This document shows, piece by piece, positions 19,715 to 29,297 of a stretch of DNA of 64,000 bases (within the stretch, counting starts at the first letter, position 1; the number at the start of each line of letters is the position of its first letter). This DNA is from Alphaproteobacteria bacterium (GTDB lineage Bacteria > Pseudomonadota > Alphaproteobacteria > TMED109). Where the stretch lies: positions 96,346 to 160,345 of the forward strand of contig CBFHON010000004.1 of NCBI GenBank assembly GCA_965657505.1, in the 5' to 3' direction. The notes beneath the pieces are model-generated. The model did no database searches. It had not been told where the DNA came from and saw nothing but the letters and a program-made list of their open reading frames with translations. A program made the translations under genes and the position numbers.

Positions 19715-19954
19715 ATGAAATATGAATTTTTAAACAAATCTTCTTTTATTAAAATTAACAATTTACAAATTAGTAAATATAAAAAATTTGAATATTCTAT
19801 TGAGAAATTATCTCTTGGAAAGAGGGCTCAAAGTAAATATATTAGAAGAATAATAAGTTCTTTAATAAATTATAAAACTAAAAATAAAAACAATATTTTT
19901 TATAATAATATTAATTCTTCAGAAATATACTCAAAAGAATGGTGGTTGATTTAA
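19715..19954 (+). CDS. Hypothetical small basic protein (79 aa, ORFan)
   Basis: Strong SD (AAGGAG) 7 nt upstream of the ATG. No recognisable motif. The stop overlaps the prmA stop in a shared TTAA. Coding status is uncertain. Confidence 0.4.
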   Translation: MKYEFLNKSSFIKINNLQISKYKKFEYSIEKLSLGKRAQSKYIRRIISSLINYKTKNKNNIFYNNINSSEIYSKEWWLI

Positions 19955-20823
19955 TTTTTTTTAATTAATAGAGATACCCAATTTCCTATTTTATATTCTA
20001 GCTCTAATATTAGTCCCATTAATCTTAATTTATTAAGTATCATAAATTTTTGATCTTGAATTAAACCTGAAATAATTACTCTACCATTTTTATCTAATTT
20101 TTTACTTATTAATTTAATATTTGTTAAAATTGGTTTTGCTAAAATATTTATTACAATAATATCATATTTCAATTTATTGGTTTTATTCAATCCGTTTCCT
20201 TTTTTAACATTAATGAATGTATCCAAAAAATTTAATTTTGCATTTGAGACCGAAGTATTTATTGCCTGTTTATCTATATCAATTAATTCTACTTTTTTTT
20301 TCCATAATTTAGCCATAGTTATTCCTAGAATTCCTGATCCACATCCAATATCAATTAAATTAATATTTTTAATATATTTTTTTAAGTAAATTTTATTTAG
20401 TAAATATATAATGCCTCTAGTAGAAGGGTGATGCCCTGTACCAAAACCAAGGCCTGGGGGTATTATAATATTTTTATATATATTGAAATTTGTTAAGTTT
20501 TTGCATTCTAAAAATGTAAAACGACCAATAGCTATTGGATTTAGAGGTGTAATATTATTTTTATAAATATCTTTAATTTTAATTTTTTTTAAAATAGATG
20601 TTTTTGGATTAATTTTAAAATCTAGTAATAATGTTTTTATAAAAATATCAGTTGGTTTTTTGACGAAAAATGCATAAGTGTCATAAGATTCTGGTTGTAA
20701 TATATCAGATCTATTTTCTGAATCTAAAGATGTAATAGTAGCATTTTGAGAAATAAGTAATTCTTCAACATTTTCTCTAAATTCATTATCAAGCTTGAGT
20801 TTTAGTGCCCAAATAAATTTCAC
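19951..20823 (-). CDS. prmA: Ribosomal protein L11 methyltransferase
   Basis: PGLGFGTGHHPST motif and SAM-binding IDIGCGSGILG. Confidence 0.85.
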   Translation of the reverse strand: MKFIWALKLKLDNEFRENVEELLISQNATITSLDSENRSDILQPESYDTYAFFVKKPTDIFIKTLLLDFKINPKTSILKKIKIKDIYKNNITPLNPIAIGRFTFLECKNLTNFNIYKNIIIPPGLGFGTGHHPSTRGIIYLLNKIYLKKYIKNINLIDIGCGSGILGITMAKLWKKKVELIDIDKQAINTSVSNAKLNFLDTFINVKKGNGLNKTNKLKYDIIVINILAKPILTNIKLISKKLDKNGRVIISGLIQDQKFMILNKLRLMGLILELEYKIGNWVSLLIKKN

Positions 20824-20830
20824 TGTATTT

Positions 20831-23014
20831 TTATATTTTTTCTATAAAAGTTAGCATTAATTTTTTTTCTCCTGCTTTTTCAAAATCTATAGTAACTTTA
20901 TCTCCGTCAATATCTATTATTTTTCCATAACCAAATTTTTGATGAAATATTCTTTCCATTAATTTAAAATTAGTATCATTATTATCGTATTTATTATCTT
21001 GAAAGTGGTTTATTACTTTTTTATTATTTGCTGCTAACCACTCTGAAGCTATTGAAGATTTAAAATTATAGTTATGTGAGTAAGAAGAGAATCTATTTAT
21101 ATTTTTTTCAGGAAGTTCATCTAGAAATCTTGAAGGAATACAGTCTATCCATTGACCATGAGTTAATCTAGAATTTGCATTAAATATCCATAGATCGCTT
21201 TTAGCGCGAGTAATACCTACATATGCCAATCTTCTTTCTTCCTCTAAGCCACTTTCCCCATTTTCATCTATAGACCTCTGGTTAGGAAATAAACCTTCTT
21301 CCCAACCTGGTAAAAATACTAATGGAAATTCTAGACCTTTCGCAGCATGAAGAGTCATTATTTTAGCAGTTTCTATCTCCTGATTATTAGCTCCTTCCAT
21401 AACAAGTTGAATATGTTCTAAAAAGTTTTGGAGTGATTCAAATTCATTTATTGCATTTACTAATTCTTTAAGATTATCCAATCTTCCTGGGGCTTCTATA
21501 GAACGATCTTTTTTTAACATCTCTATGTAACCAGATTCTTCCAGAACAATTTCTACAAGTTCACCCAATTTTTTGCCTACTAAGTCAATTCTCCATTTAT
21601 CTAAATTTTTAGAAAAAAGTCTAATAGTTGAACTTGCTTTTGAGCTTAGTTCGTCTGTTTCAGATAATTTTCTAGCTGCCATTTCTAAGTTTAATTTACT
21701 TGACCTAGAATATTGCTCTATCTGTCTAATAGTTTTATCGCCTAAACCTCTTTTAGGTTTATTAATTATTCTTTCAAAAGCTAATTGGTCGTCAGATGAA
21801 TTAATCAATCTTAAGTAAGCAATAGCATCTCTAATTTCTAGTCTTTCATAAAATCTTAGGCCTCCTACTACTTGATAAGGAAGACCTATTTTTAAAAACC
21901 TTTCTTCAAATGTTCTCGTTTGAAAACCAGCTCTTACTAATATTGCTACATTATTTATACTATTATTATTTCTTTGATATGCTTCAATTTCATCACTGAT
22001 AGACTCTGCTTCTTCTTTTCCGTCATATACAGTTCTAATATTGATTAGATTACCTATATCGCCCTCTGTCCATAAAGTTTTACCAAGTCTACTTTGGTTT
22101 TTAGATATCAATCCTGAAGCTGCAGCAAGGATATTTCCAGTAGATCTATAATTTTCTTCAAGTCTAATAGTTTTAGTATTTTGAAAGTCTTTTTCAAAAT
22201 TAAGTATATTACTTACATCAGCTCCTCTCCATGAATAAATAGATTGGTCATCATCACCTACGGCACATAAATTTTTATGCTTTTCAGCTAGACTTTTTAG
22301 CCAGAAGTATTGGGAAGCATTTGTATCTTGAAATTCGTCTACTAAAATATACTTGAATTTATTTTGATATAAACTTTTAATATCAGAGTTTCTCTGGAAG
22401 ATAGTTATCACATGAAGTAGAAGGTCACCAAAATCAGCAGCATTAAGTGTTATTAAACGGTTTTGATATAATTTATATAATTTAATAGCCTGATTATTGG
22501 CAAAGTCCGTACCACTATGAAATGCATCTTTTACATCTATTGGGTTTAGACCCATATCTTTCCATCTTTGAATTATAGATAATAAACTTCTAGCAGGCCA
22601 TCTCTTCTCATCTATATTTTCAAGTGAAAGGATCTGTTTTATCAGCCTAATTTGATCATCCGTATCAATAATAGTGAATGTATTTTTAAGGTTAACTAGC
22701 TCGGCGTTTGCTCGTAATATTCTTGCAGCTAAAGAATGGAATGTTCCTAACCACCAACCAGCTATTGAATTTCCAATCATTTTTTCTACTCTCATTCTCA
22801 TTTCATTTGCTGCCTTGTTAGTAAATGTTACGGTACAAATCTCAGAAGGATGAGCTATTTTGTTTTGTAAGATATAAGATAGTCTTGACGTTAAAACTCT
22901 TGTTTTGCCAGTTCCTGCTCCAGCTAAAACAAGAAGTGGACCATTTACCGTTTCGACAGCCTCTTTTTGGGCATCATTTAATTCAGAAAAGTGATTTGTT
23001 TTTTTAATTGTCAT
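20831..23014 (-). CDS. uvrD: ATP-dependent DNA helicase, UvrD/Rep/PcrA family
   Basis: Superfamily 1 helicase motifs: AGAGTGKTRVLT (I), VDEFQDTN (II), LEENYRST, and TLHAAKGLEF (V/VI region). Confidence 0.9.
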   Translation of the reverse strand: MTIKKTNHFSELNDAQKEAVETVNGPLLVLAGAGTGKTRVLTSRLSYILQNKIAHPSEICTVTFTNKAANEMRMRVEKMIGNSIAGWWLGTFHSLAARILRANAELVNLKNTFTIIDTDDQIRLIKQILSLENIDEKRWPARSLLSIIQRWKDMGLNPIDVKDAFHSGTDFANNQAIKLYKLYQNRLITLNAADFGDLLLHVITIFQRNSDIKSLYQNKFKYILVDEFQDTNASQYFWLKSLAEKHKNLCAVGDDDQSIYSWRGADVSNILNFEKDFQNTKTIRLEENYRSTGNILAAASGLISKNQSRLGKTLWTEGDIGNLINIRTVYDGKEEAESISDEIEAYQRNNNSINNVAILVRAGFQTRTFEERFLKIGLPYQVVGGLRFYERLEIRDAIAYLRLINSSDDQLAFERIINKPKRGLGDKTIRQIEQYSRSSKLNLEMAARKLSETDELSSKASSTIRLFSKNLDKWRIDLVGKKLGELVEIVLEESGYIEMLKKDRSIEAPGRLDNLKELVNAINEFESLQNFLEHIQLVMEGANNQEIETAKIMTLHAAKGLEFPLVFLPGWEEGLFPNQRSIDENGESGLEEERRLAYVGITRAKSDLWIFNANSRLTHGQWIDCIPSRFLDELPEKNINRFSSYSHNYNFKSSIASEWLAANNKKVINHFQDNKYDNNDTNFKLMERIFHQKFGYGKIIDIDGDKVTIDFEKAGEKKLMLTFIEKI

Positions 23015-23029
23015 TAGTAATTGTATTTT

Positions 23030-23863
23030 CTATATTGCTGACCAACCGCCATCTAACATTAGAGTATGTCCTGTTACGATTGAAGATGCATCAGAGGCTA
23101 GAAATAAAATACCACCTGCCATTTCTGAAACCTCAGCTAATCTTTTCAAAGGAGTTCTATCAATGATATGATTTAATTTATCTTTATTCGCGTTTAGTTC
23201 CTTTATGAGTCTAGTTTTAGTGTAAGTTGGACCTATTGAATTTACTCTTATACCTTTTTCCCCCCATTCATTTGCAAGAGACCTAGTAAGATTTACAAGT
23301 GCTCCTTTTGAAGCATGATAAGGAGAATTAGGTGCTGGTCCACCTCCTGTAACTCCCATAATTGAAGAAATATTTATAATAGAGCCTTTATTATTTTTAA
23401 ACATATACTTATATGCCGTTCGGCAACAAATAAAACTACTAGTTAAATTAAGTTTAATTATATGTTCAAAATCTTCTGTTTTCATTTCTTCTGTAGGATT
23501 TCTATTAGCAGTTCCAGCATTATTTATTAGAACATCTAAAGATCCAAAATGAGAGTTTATACTATCAAATACTTCTGTAATTTTATTTTCTATAATAACA
23601 TCAAGTTCCCATGCTTTTGCTTTAATGCCTGCATCTCTTAACTCATTTTCTAGCTTTTTAGCAGATTTGAGATCTTTATCAGTAATAGCAATATTACCAC
23701 CTGCTTTTCCGCACGCTATGGCTGCTACCCTTCCAATTCCTTGTGCTGAACCAGTTATAACAATAGTTCTATTTTTTAGGCTAAATAATTTAAACACATC
23801 AAATTTAGAAGCAGAAGGCATAGTAAAGCCTGATATTTCATCAATTATTTCATTGTTTCTCAT
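23030..23863 (-). CDS. Short-chain dehydrogenase/reductase (classical SDR)
   Basis: TGSAQGIG cofactor motif, NNAG, and catalytic YHASKGAL. The likely true start is the ATG at 23821 (MPSASKF...). Confidence 0.85.
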   Translation of the reverse strand: MRNNEIIDEISGFTMPSASKFDVFKLFSLKNRTIVITGSAQGIGRVAAIACGKAGGNIAITDKDLKSAKKLENELRDAGIKAKAWELDVIIENKITEVFDSINSHFGSLDVLINNAGTANRNPTEEMKTEDFEHIIKLNLTSSFICCRTAYKYMFKNNKGSIINISSIMGVTGGGPAPNSPYHASKGALVNLTRSLANEWGEKGIRVNSIGPTYTKTRLIKELNANKDKLNHIIDRTPLKRLAEVSEMAGGILFLASDASSIVTGHTLMLDGGWSAI

Positions 23864-23881
23864 TTTAAAATCCTCAGTATA

Positions 23882-24541
23882 TTAAAATTTACCATATTTT
23901 AAGTATGCTTCTTTAGGGTCTGTACCATTTAAAATAGCTTCGCGCATTTTATTCTCTGAATTTAAATCATTTTTTGCTCTAATTATAATCTTATCAATTA
24001 TATTATTGGGTATAATTACTATACCATCTTCATCTGCTATAAGATAATCACCTGTATCTATTTTGACATCACCAATTACAATTGAAGTACCCATTTCTTC
24101 AACTATCCACCTTCCAGTGACGTCTTTTGGAGTAGTAAAACGACAATAAACAGGTAATTTAATTTCTGTCTTTATTCTTGTAACATCTCTACATCCTCCA
24201 TCTGTAATATAGCCTCTAATATTTTTTAGTTTAAGTGTTTCTGCAGATAATTCGCCCATGAGAGCTATTTCATGGTTATTTGGTTGGCAAACTATAATTG
24301 AATTATCTTGTGCTTTAGATAGAAAATTAGTCCAAGATAGTAATGAGTCTGATTCTTCTATATTTTTTTTAAGAGAACCTGATATTGTCCAAACTTTGCC
24401 AGCAATTATATTTTCAAATTGCAAAGGTATTATCTCATTAGGAAGAGTTTGATTTGAATAATTTTCAATTCTAAGTGCATCATGTACTATTGAAGAGTTC
24501 AATAATAATAATTCTTCTATGATTTCTTCTTCATTTAACAT
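23882..24541 (-). CDS. RraA-family protein (RNase E regulator-like / HMG-CHA aldolase-like)
   Basis: RraA-fold signature around GELSAETLKLKNIRGYITDGGCRDV. Length is 219 aa. Confidence 0.7.
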   Translation of the reverse strand: MLNEEEIIEELLLLNSSIVHDALRIENYSNQTLPNEIIPLQFENIIAGKVWTISGSLKKNIEESDSLLSWTNFLSKAQDNSIIVCQPNNHEIALMGELSAETLKLKNIRGYITDGGCRDVTRIKTEIKLPVYCRFTTPKDVTGRWIVEEMGTSIVIGDVKIDTGDYLIADEDGIVIIPNNIIDKIIIRAKNDLNSENKMREAILNGTDPKEAYLKYGKF

Positions 24542-24559
24542 GCATAATCTACTAATAAA

Positions 24560-24754
24560 TTATTTCTTAGTTGGGTCAGGAAAATCTGTTTCTATACTGC
24601 AACTATTAGTTTTAGAATCAAATTCACCAGAACATAACAGCTTGAAAGGATTCAACTCATTGAAAGAATAATCACTACAACTTACAAAAAGAAGAATTGT
24701 AGTTAAAACAATAATTTTTTTTAATAAATATATTACTTTATGAATAATGAAGAT
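24560..24754 (-). CDS. Putative small lipoprotein (64 codons), not in the ORF track; no canonical start codon
   Basis: Hand translation of the minus strand gives (I)FIIHKVIYLLKKIIVLTTILLFVSCSDYSFNELNPFKLLCSGEFDSKTNSCSIETDFPDPTKK*. It has a classical signal peptide with a lipobox-like FVSC. AAGGAG (24767-24762) sits 7 nt upstream of an in-frame ATC (24754-24752). There is no in-frame ATG, GTG or TTG. Confidence 0.45.
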   Translation of the reverse strand: MFIIHKVIYLLKKIIVLTTILLFVSCSDYSFNELNPFKLLCSGEFDSKTNSCSIETDFPDPTKK

Positions 24755-24776
24755 ATTTAGGCTCCTTAAAATAAAA

Positions 24777-24905
24777 TTAGACTAAAAAAATAGCCATTAA
24801 TACTACTAGAGCAATAACTCCAATGGTTCCATACGTGCTAAATTTAACAAAAGTTTTCCATGTGTTTACATGGTCTTGAAAATATTTTTCTTTATCGTAA
24901 GACAT
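24777..24905 (-). CDS. aa3-type cytochrome c oxidase subunit IV (42 aa), not in the ORF track
   Basis: Hand translation gives MSYDKEKYFQDHVNTWKTFVKFSTYGTIGVIALVVLMAIFLV*. GGAG lies 7 nt upstream of the ATG. The H-x3-T-[FW]-x2-F-[IV]-K-x2-T-[WY] pattern followed by a single TM matches my recollection of Paracoccus/Rhodobacter subunit IV (...HQQATFAGFIKGATW...). The gene is divergent from coxB. Confidence 0.7.
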   Translation of the reverse strand: MSYDKEKYFQDHVNTWKTFVKFSTYGTIGVIALVVLMAIFLV

Positions 24906-25139
24906 TAATATACTCCGCAATTTATGTATTAGAAATTATCTTTATTTTATAATATCAAATAAAAAATAATAATACATTTTTATTTAAATTTAAATATAAA
25001 TCTATTTTATATATTAATTAATTTAAATTTTATAATAACCTTGATTTACCTTAAATAGATTGCTAAATGATTATGATAAATATTATTTATGTTATATTAT
25101 TAAGTAATAAATAGTTTAATTTTACTAAGAGGTTCTATA

Positions 25140-25991
25140 ATGCGTGTTTTTATCACTTTAAAAATTATCTTAAGCTCATTTTTTACAATATTTATTTCAA
25201 ACCAGGCTTTATCAGAGGAAAATATGGGTGCAGCTCACCCATGGGGATTAAATCTAAGGGAAGCCTTTTCTCCAGTTATGGCAGATATGGTAACTTTTCA
25301 TAATGGTTTGATTTGGCTTATTACTGCAATTTCATTATTTGTTTTAGTGTTAATAGCTATAATTGTTGTTAAATTTAATACTAAAGCTAACCCAAAAGCT
25401 ACTAAGACCACGCATAATACATTCTTAGAAATAGCATGGACAGCAATTCCAGTTTTAATATTAGTTGTAATGGCTGTTCCATCTTTTAAGTTACTTTATA
25501 AAGCTGATGTAATTCCTGAAGCACATATGACATTAAAAGCAATAGGACATCAATGGTATTGGTCATATGAATACCCAGATCATGGTAATTTTACTTATGA
25601 TGCTTGGTTGGTTCAAGATAAAGAAGATATTGAAGGGGAGGATAGGCCATACACGAGATTGTTAACGACCGACACAAGAGTTGTTGTTCCTGTTGGTAAA
25701 GTAATAAAAGTGCAAGTGACTGCAACTGACGTATTACATAGCTGGGCTGTACCTTCATTAGGAGTCAAGAAAGATGCGATGCCAGGAAGATTAAATGAGT
25801 TATGGTTTCAAGCTGACAGGGAAGGAATATTTTATGGTCAATGTTCTGAATTATGTGGGACAAACCATGGTTATATGCCTATAGAAGTTCACGCTGTTTC
25901 AGAAGAAGATTTTTTAGCTTGGATAGAAGAGGCAAAAGAAAATTATGCTAAAGTGGGTGAAGACCTTAATTTAGCTAAAATAAAAGAATAG
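25140..25991 (+). CDS. coxB: Cytochrome c oxidase subunit II
   Basis: Signal peptide plus two TM helices. CuA site HSWAVPSLGVKKDAMPGR ... CSELCGTNHGYMP. Confidence 0.95.
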   Translation: MRVFITLKIILSSFFTIFISNQALSEENMGAAHPWGLNLREAFSPVMADMVTFHNGLIWLITAISLFVLVLIAIIVVKFNTKANPKATKTTHNTFLEIAWTAIPVLILVVMAVPSFKLLYKADVIPEAHMTLKAIGHQWYWSYEYPDHGNFTYDAWLVQDKEDIEGEDRPYTRLLTTDTRVVVPVGKVIKVQVTATDVLHSWAVPSLGVKKDAMPGRLNELWFQADREGIFYGQCSELCGTNHGYMPIEVHAVSEEDFLAWIEEAKENYAKVGEDLNLAKIKE

Positions 25992-26017
25992 TATTTAATA
26001 TAAAATAGAAGAGGTAA

Positions 26018-27604
<1,587 letters not shown>

Positions 27605-27626
27605 TTGAGAAAGATGTTTTATATGT

Positions 27627-28544
27627 ATGGTTACTTGCAGTAGAAGTGAGAAACTGAAAATGAACGTTAATCATTCATCTGCAGGAGTAGGTGACTACTT
27701 TGAGTTGTTAAAGCCTAGGGTTATGTCCCTTGCTATATTTACTGCCATTATTGGGTTGTTACTTACTCCTAATCAAATACATCCTTTTTTAGCTGTTTTT
27801 TCTATAATAGCTATTGGTGCCGGGGCTGGGGCGGCAGGAGCTATTAATATGTGGTATGATAGAGATATTGACCTTATTATGGATAGAACTAAATCTAGAC
27901 CCATTCCATCTGGAAGAGTTAAACCAGAGGAAGCTCTTACACTAGGAATAGTATTATCCATTTTTTCAATAATTTTACTTTTTGTTGCTTCAAATTATAT
28001 TGCTGCAGTATTTTTATTTATGTCGATAATATTTTATATTTTCATTTATACCGCATGGTTAAAAAGATATACCCCGCAGAATATTGTTATAGGAGGAGCA
28101 GCAGGAGCTCTACCTCCTGTTATTGGTTGGTTTGCAGTTTCACAAGATTTTAGTTTCTTTCCAATTATTTTATTTATGATTATATTTATGTGGACTCCTC
28201 CTCATTTTTGGGCATTATCTTTATACAGATCTGAAGATTATGAAAAAGCAGGTATACCAATGTTGCCTGTGGTCAAAGGAAAAAGAATTACTAGAATTAA
28301 TATTATACTGTATTCCTTATCATTAATAATAGTTTCTCCATCTCCTTGGTACTTTGGTTTTTTAGGAAATATTTACGGCTTAACATCCAGTTTATTAACA
28401 ATAGTTTTTATATATCTTTCATGGAATGTATATAGAAAAAAAATTGGTTCTGAACCTATGTTATTTAAGTATTCTATTTTATATTTGTTTTTATTATTTA
28501 TGATAATGCCAATAGATAAATATATTTATATGTGGATAAATTAA
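27627..28544 (+). CDS. ctaB: Protoheme IX farnesyltransferase (heme O synthase)
   Basis: YFELLKPRV, NMWYDRDIDLIMDRTKSRP, and a polytopic UbiA-family membrane protein. An alternative start lies at 27660. Confidence 0.9.
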   Translation: MVTCSRSEKLKMNVNHSSAGVGDYFELLKPRVMSLAIFTAIIGLLLTPNQIHPFLAVFSIIAIGAGAGAAGAINMWYDRDIDLIMDRTKSRPIPSGRVKPEEALTLGIVLSIFSIILLFVASNYIAAVFLFMSIIFYIFIYTAWLKRYTPQNIVIGGAAGALPPVIGWFAVSQDFSFFPIILFMIIFMWTPPHFWALSLYRSEDYEKAGIPMLPVVKGKRITRINIILYSLSLIIVSPSPWYFGFLGNIYGLTSSLLTIVFIYLSWNVYRKKIGSEPMLFKYSILYLFLLFMIMPIDKYIYMWIN

Positions 28545-28545
28545 T

Positions 28546-28671
28546 ATGAAAAATAAACATGAAAAAAAAGATAATTCTAAATTAAAAAAAAAGAACTGGA
28601 TGATTGCTTGTTTAATAATATTTATAATCCTTAGTATTTATATAATTTCATTTATAAAAATTGGCGGGTAA
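28546..28671 (+). CDS. Small single-TM protein between ctaB and ctaG (CoxF-like), not in the ORF track
   Basis: Hand translation gives MKNKHEKKDNSKLKKKNWMIACLIIFIILSIYIISFIKIGG* (41 aa). The ATG is 1 nt after the ctaB TAA, and the stop is 5 nt before the ctaG ATG. A small ORF in this position is common in alphaproteobacterial cox clusters. Confidence 0.5.
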   Translation: MKNKHEKKDNSKLKKKNWMIACLIIFIILSIYIISFIKIGG

Positions 28672-28676
28672 TATTA

Positions 28677-29255
28677 ATGAATAAAAATTCTAAATTTACT
28701 GCCATACTTGTAGTTTCTGTAGTGTTAGGAATGATAGGCTTATCTTATGCTGCTGTTCCCTTATATGATTTATTTTGTAGGACAACAGGTTTTGGTGGTA
28801 CTCCAGTAGCACTTAAACAAGATAAAAATATAACAAATTTTCCTTTAGTGAATATTACAGTACAATTTAATTCAGATGTAGCCGGTGGATTGAAATGGAA
28901 ATTTATGCCTGTAGAAAGAGAAGTTATGGTGAAAACGGGTACTAATAATTTAGCTTTTTATACAGCAAAAAATTTATCTGATTCAAAAATAACAGGTGTT
29001 GCTACATTTAATGTAACTCCACCCAAAATAGGAAAATATTTTTCAAAAATAGACTGTTTTTGTTTTGAAGAACAAACATTAGAAAGTGGGGAAGAAGTAG
29101 AAATGCCAGTTAGTTTCTTTATAGATCCTGAAATAGCTACCGACCCTAATACTCAAGAGGTAAAAACTATTACTTTGTCTTATACTTTTTTTAATACAAG
29201 TGATAAAAGTGAAAATAAAGGTAAAATAAATAAAAATTCTAGTGCAAAAAATTAA
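28677..29255 (+). CDS. ctaG: Cytochrome c oxidase assembly protein CtaG/Cox11 (CuB insertion)
   Basis: YAAVPLYDLFCRTTGFGGTP and the CFCF copper-binding motif (IDCFCFEEQ). Confidence 0.9.
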   Translation: MNKNSKFTAILVVSVVLGMIGLSYAAVPLYDLFCRTTGFGGTPVALKQDKNITNFPLVNITVQFNSDVAGGLKWKFMPVEREVMVKTGTNNLAFYTAKNLSDSKITGVATFNVTPPKIGKYFSKIDCFCFEEQTLESGEEVEMPVSFFIDPEIATDPNTQEVKTITLSYTFFNTSDKSENKGKINKNSSAKN

Positions 29256-29297
29256 TAAATTAATATAATATATTAAAAAAATATAGGGAGATATATA

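Noticed and set aside
25041-25054. TTGAT-N4-CTTAA upstream of coxB, considered as an FNR/Anr-type box, along with multiple ATTTAAAT palindromes in 24950-25040.
   Set aside because: Only one half-site matches the TTGAT-N4-ATCAA consensus. AT-only palindromes are expected by chance in a spacer that is nearly all A/T.
28531-28539. Perfect DnaA-box 9-mer TGTGGATAA (complement TTATCCACA).
   Set aside because: It is a single copy inside the 3' end of ctaB, with no clustered boxes or AT-rich unwinding element context. One chance occurrence is plausible in 64 kb on both strands.
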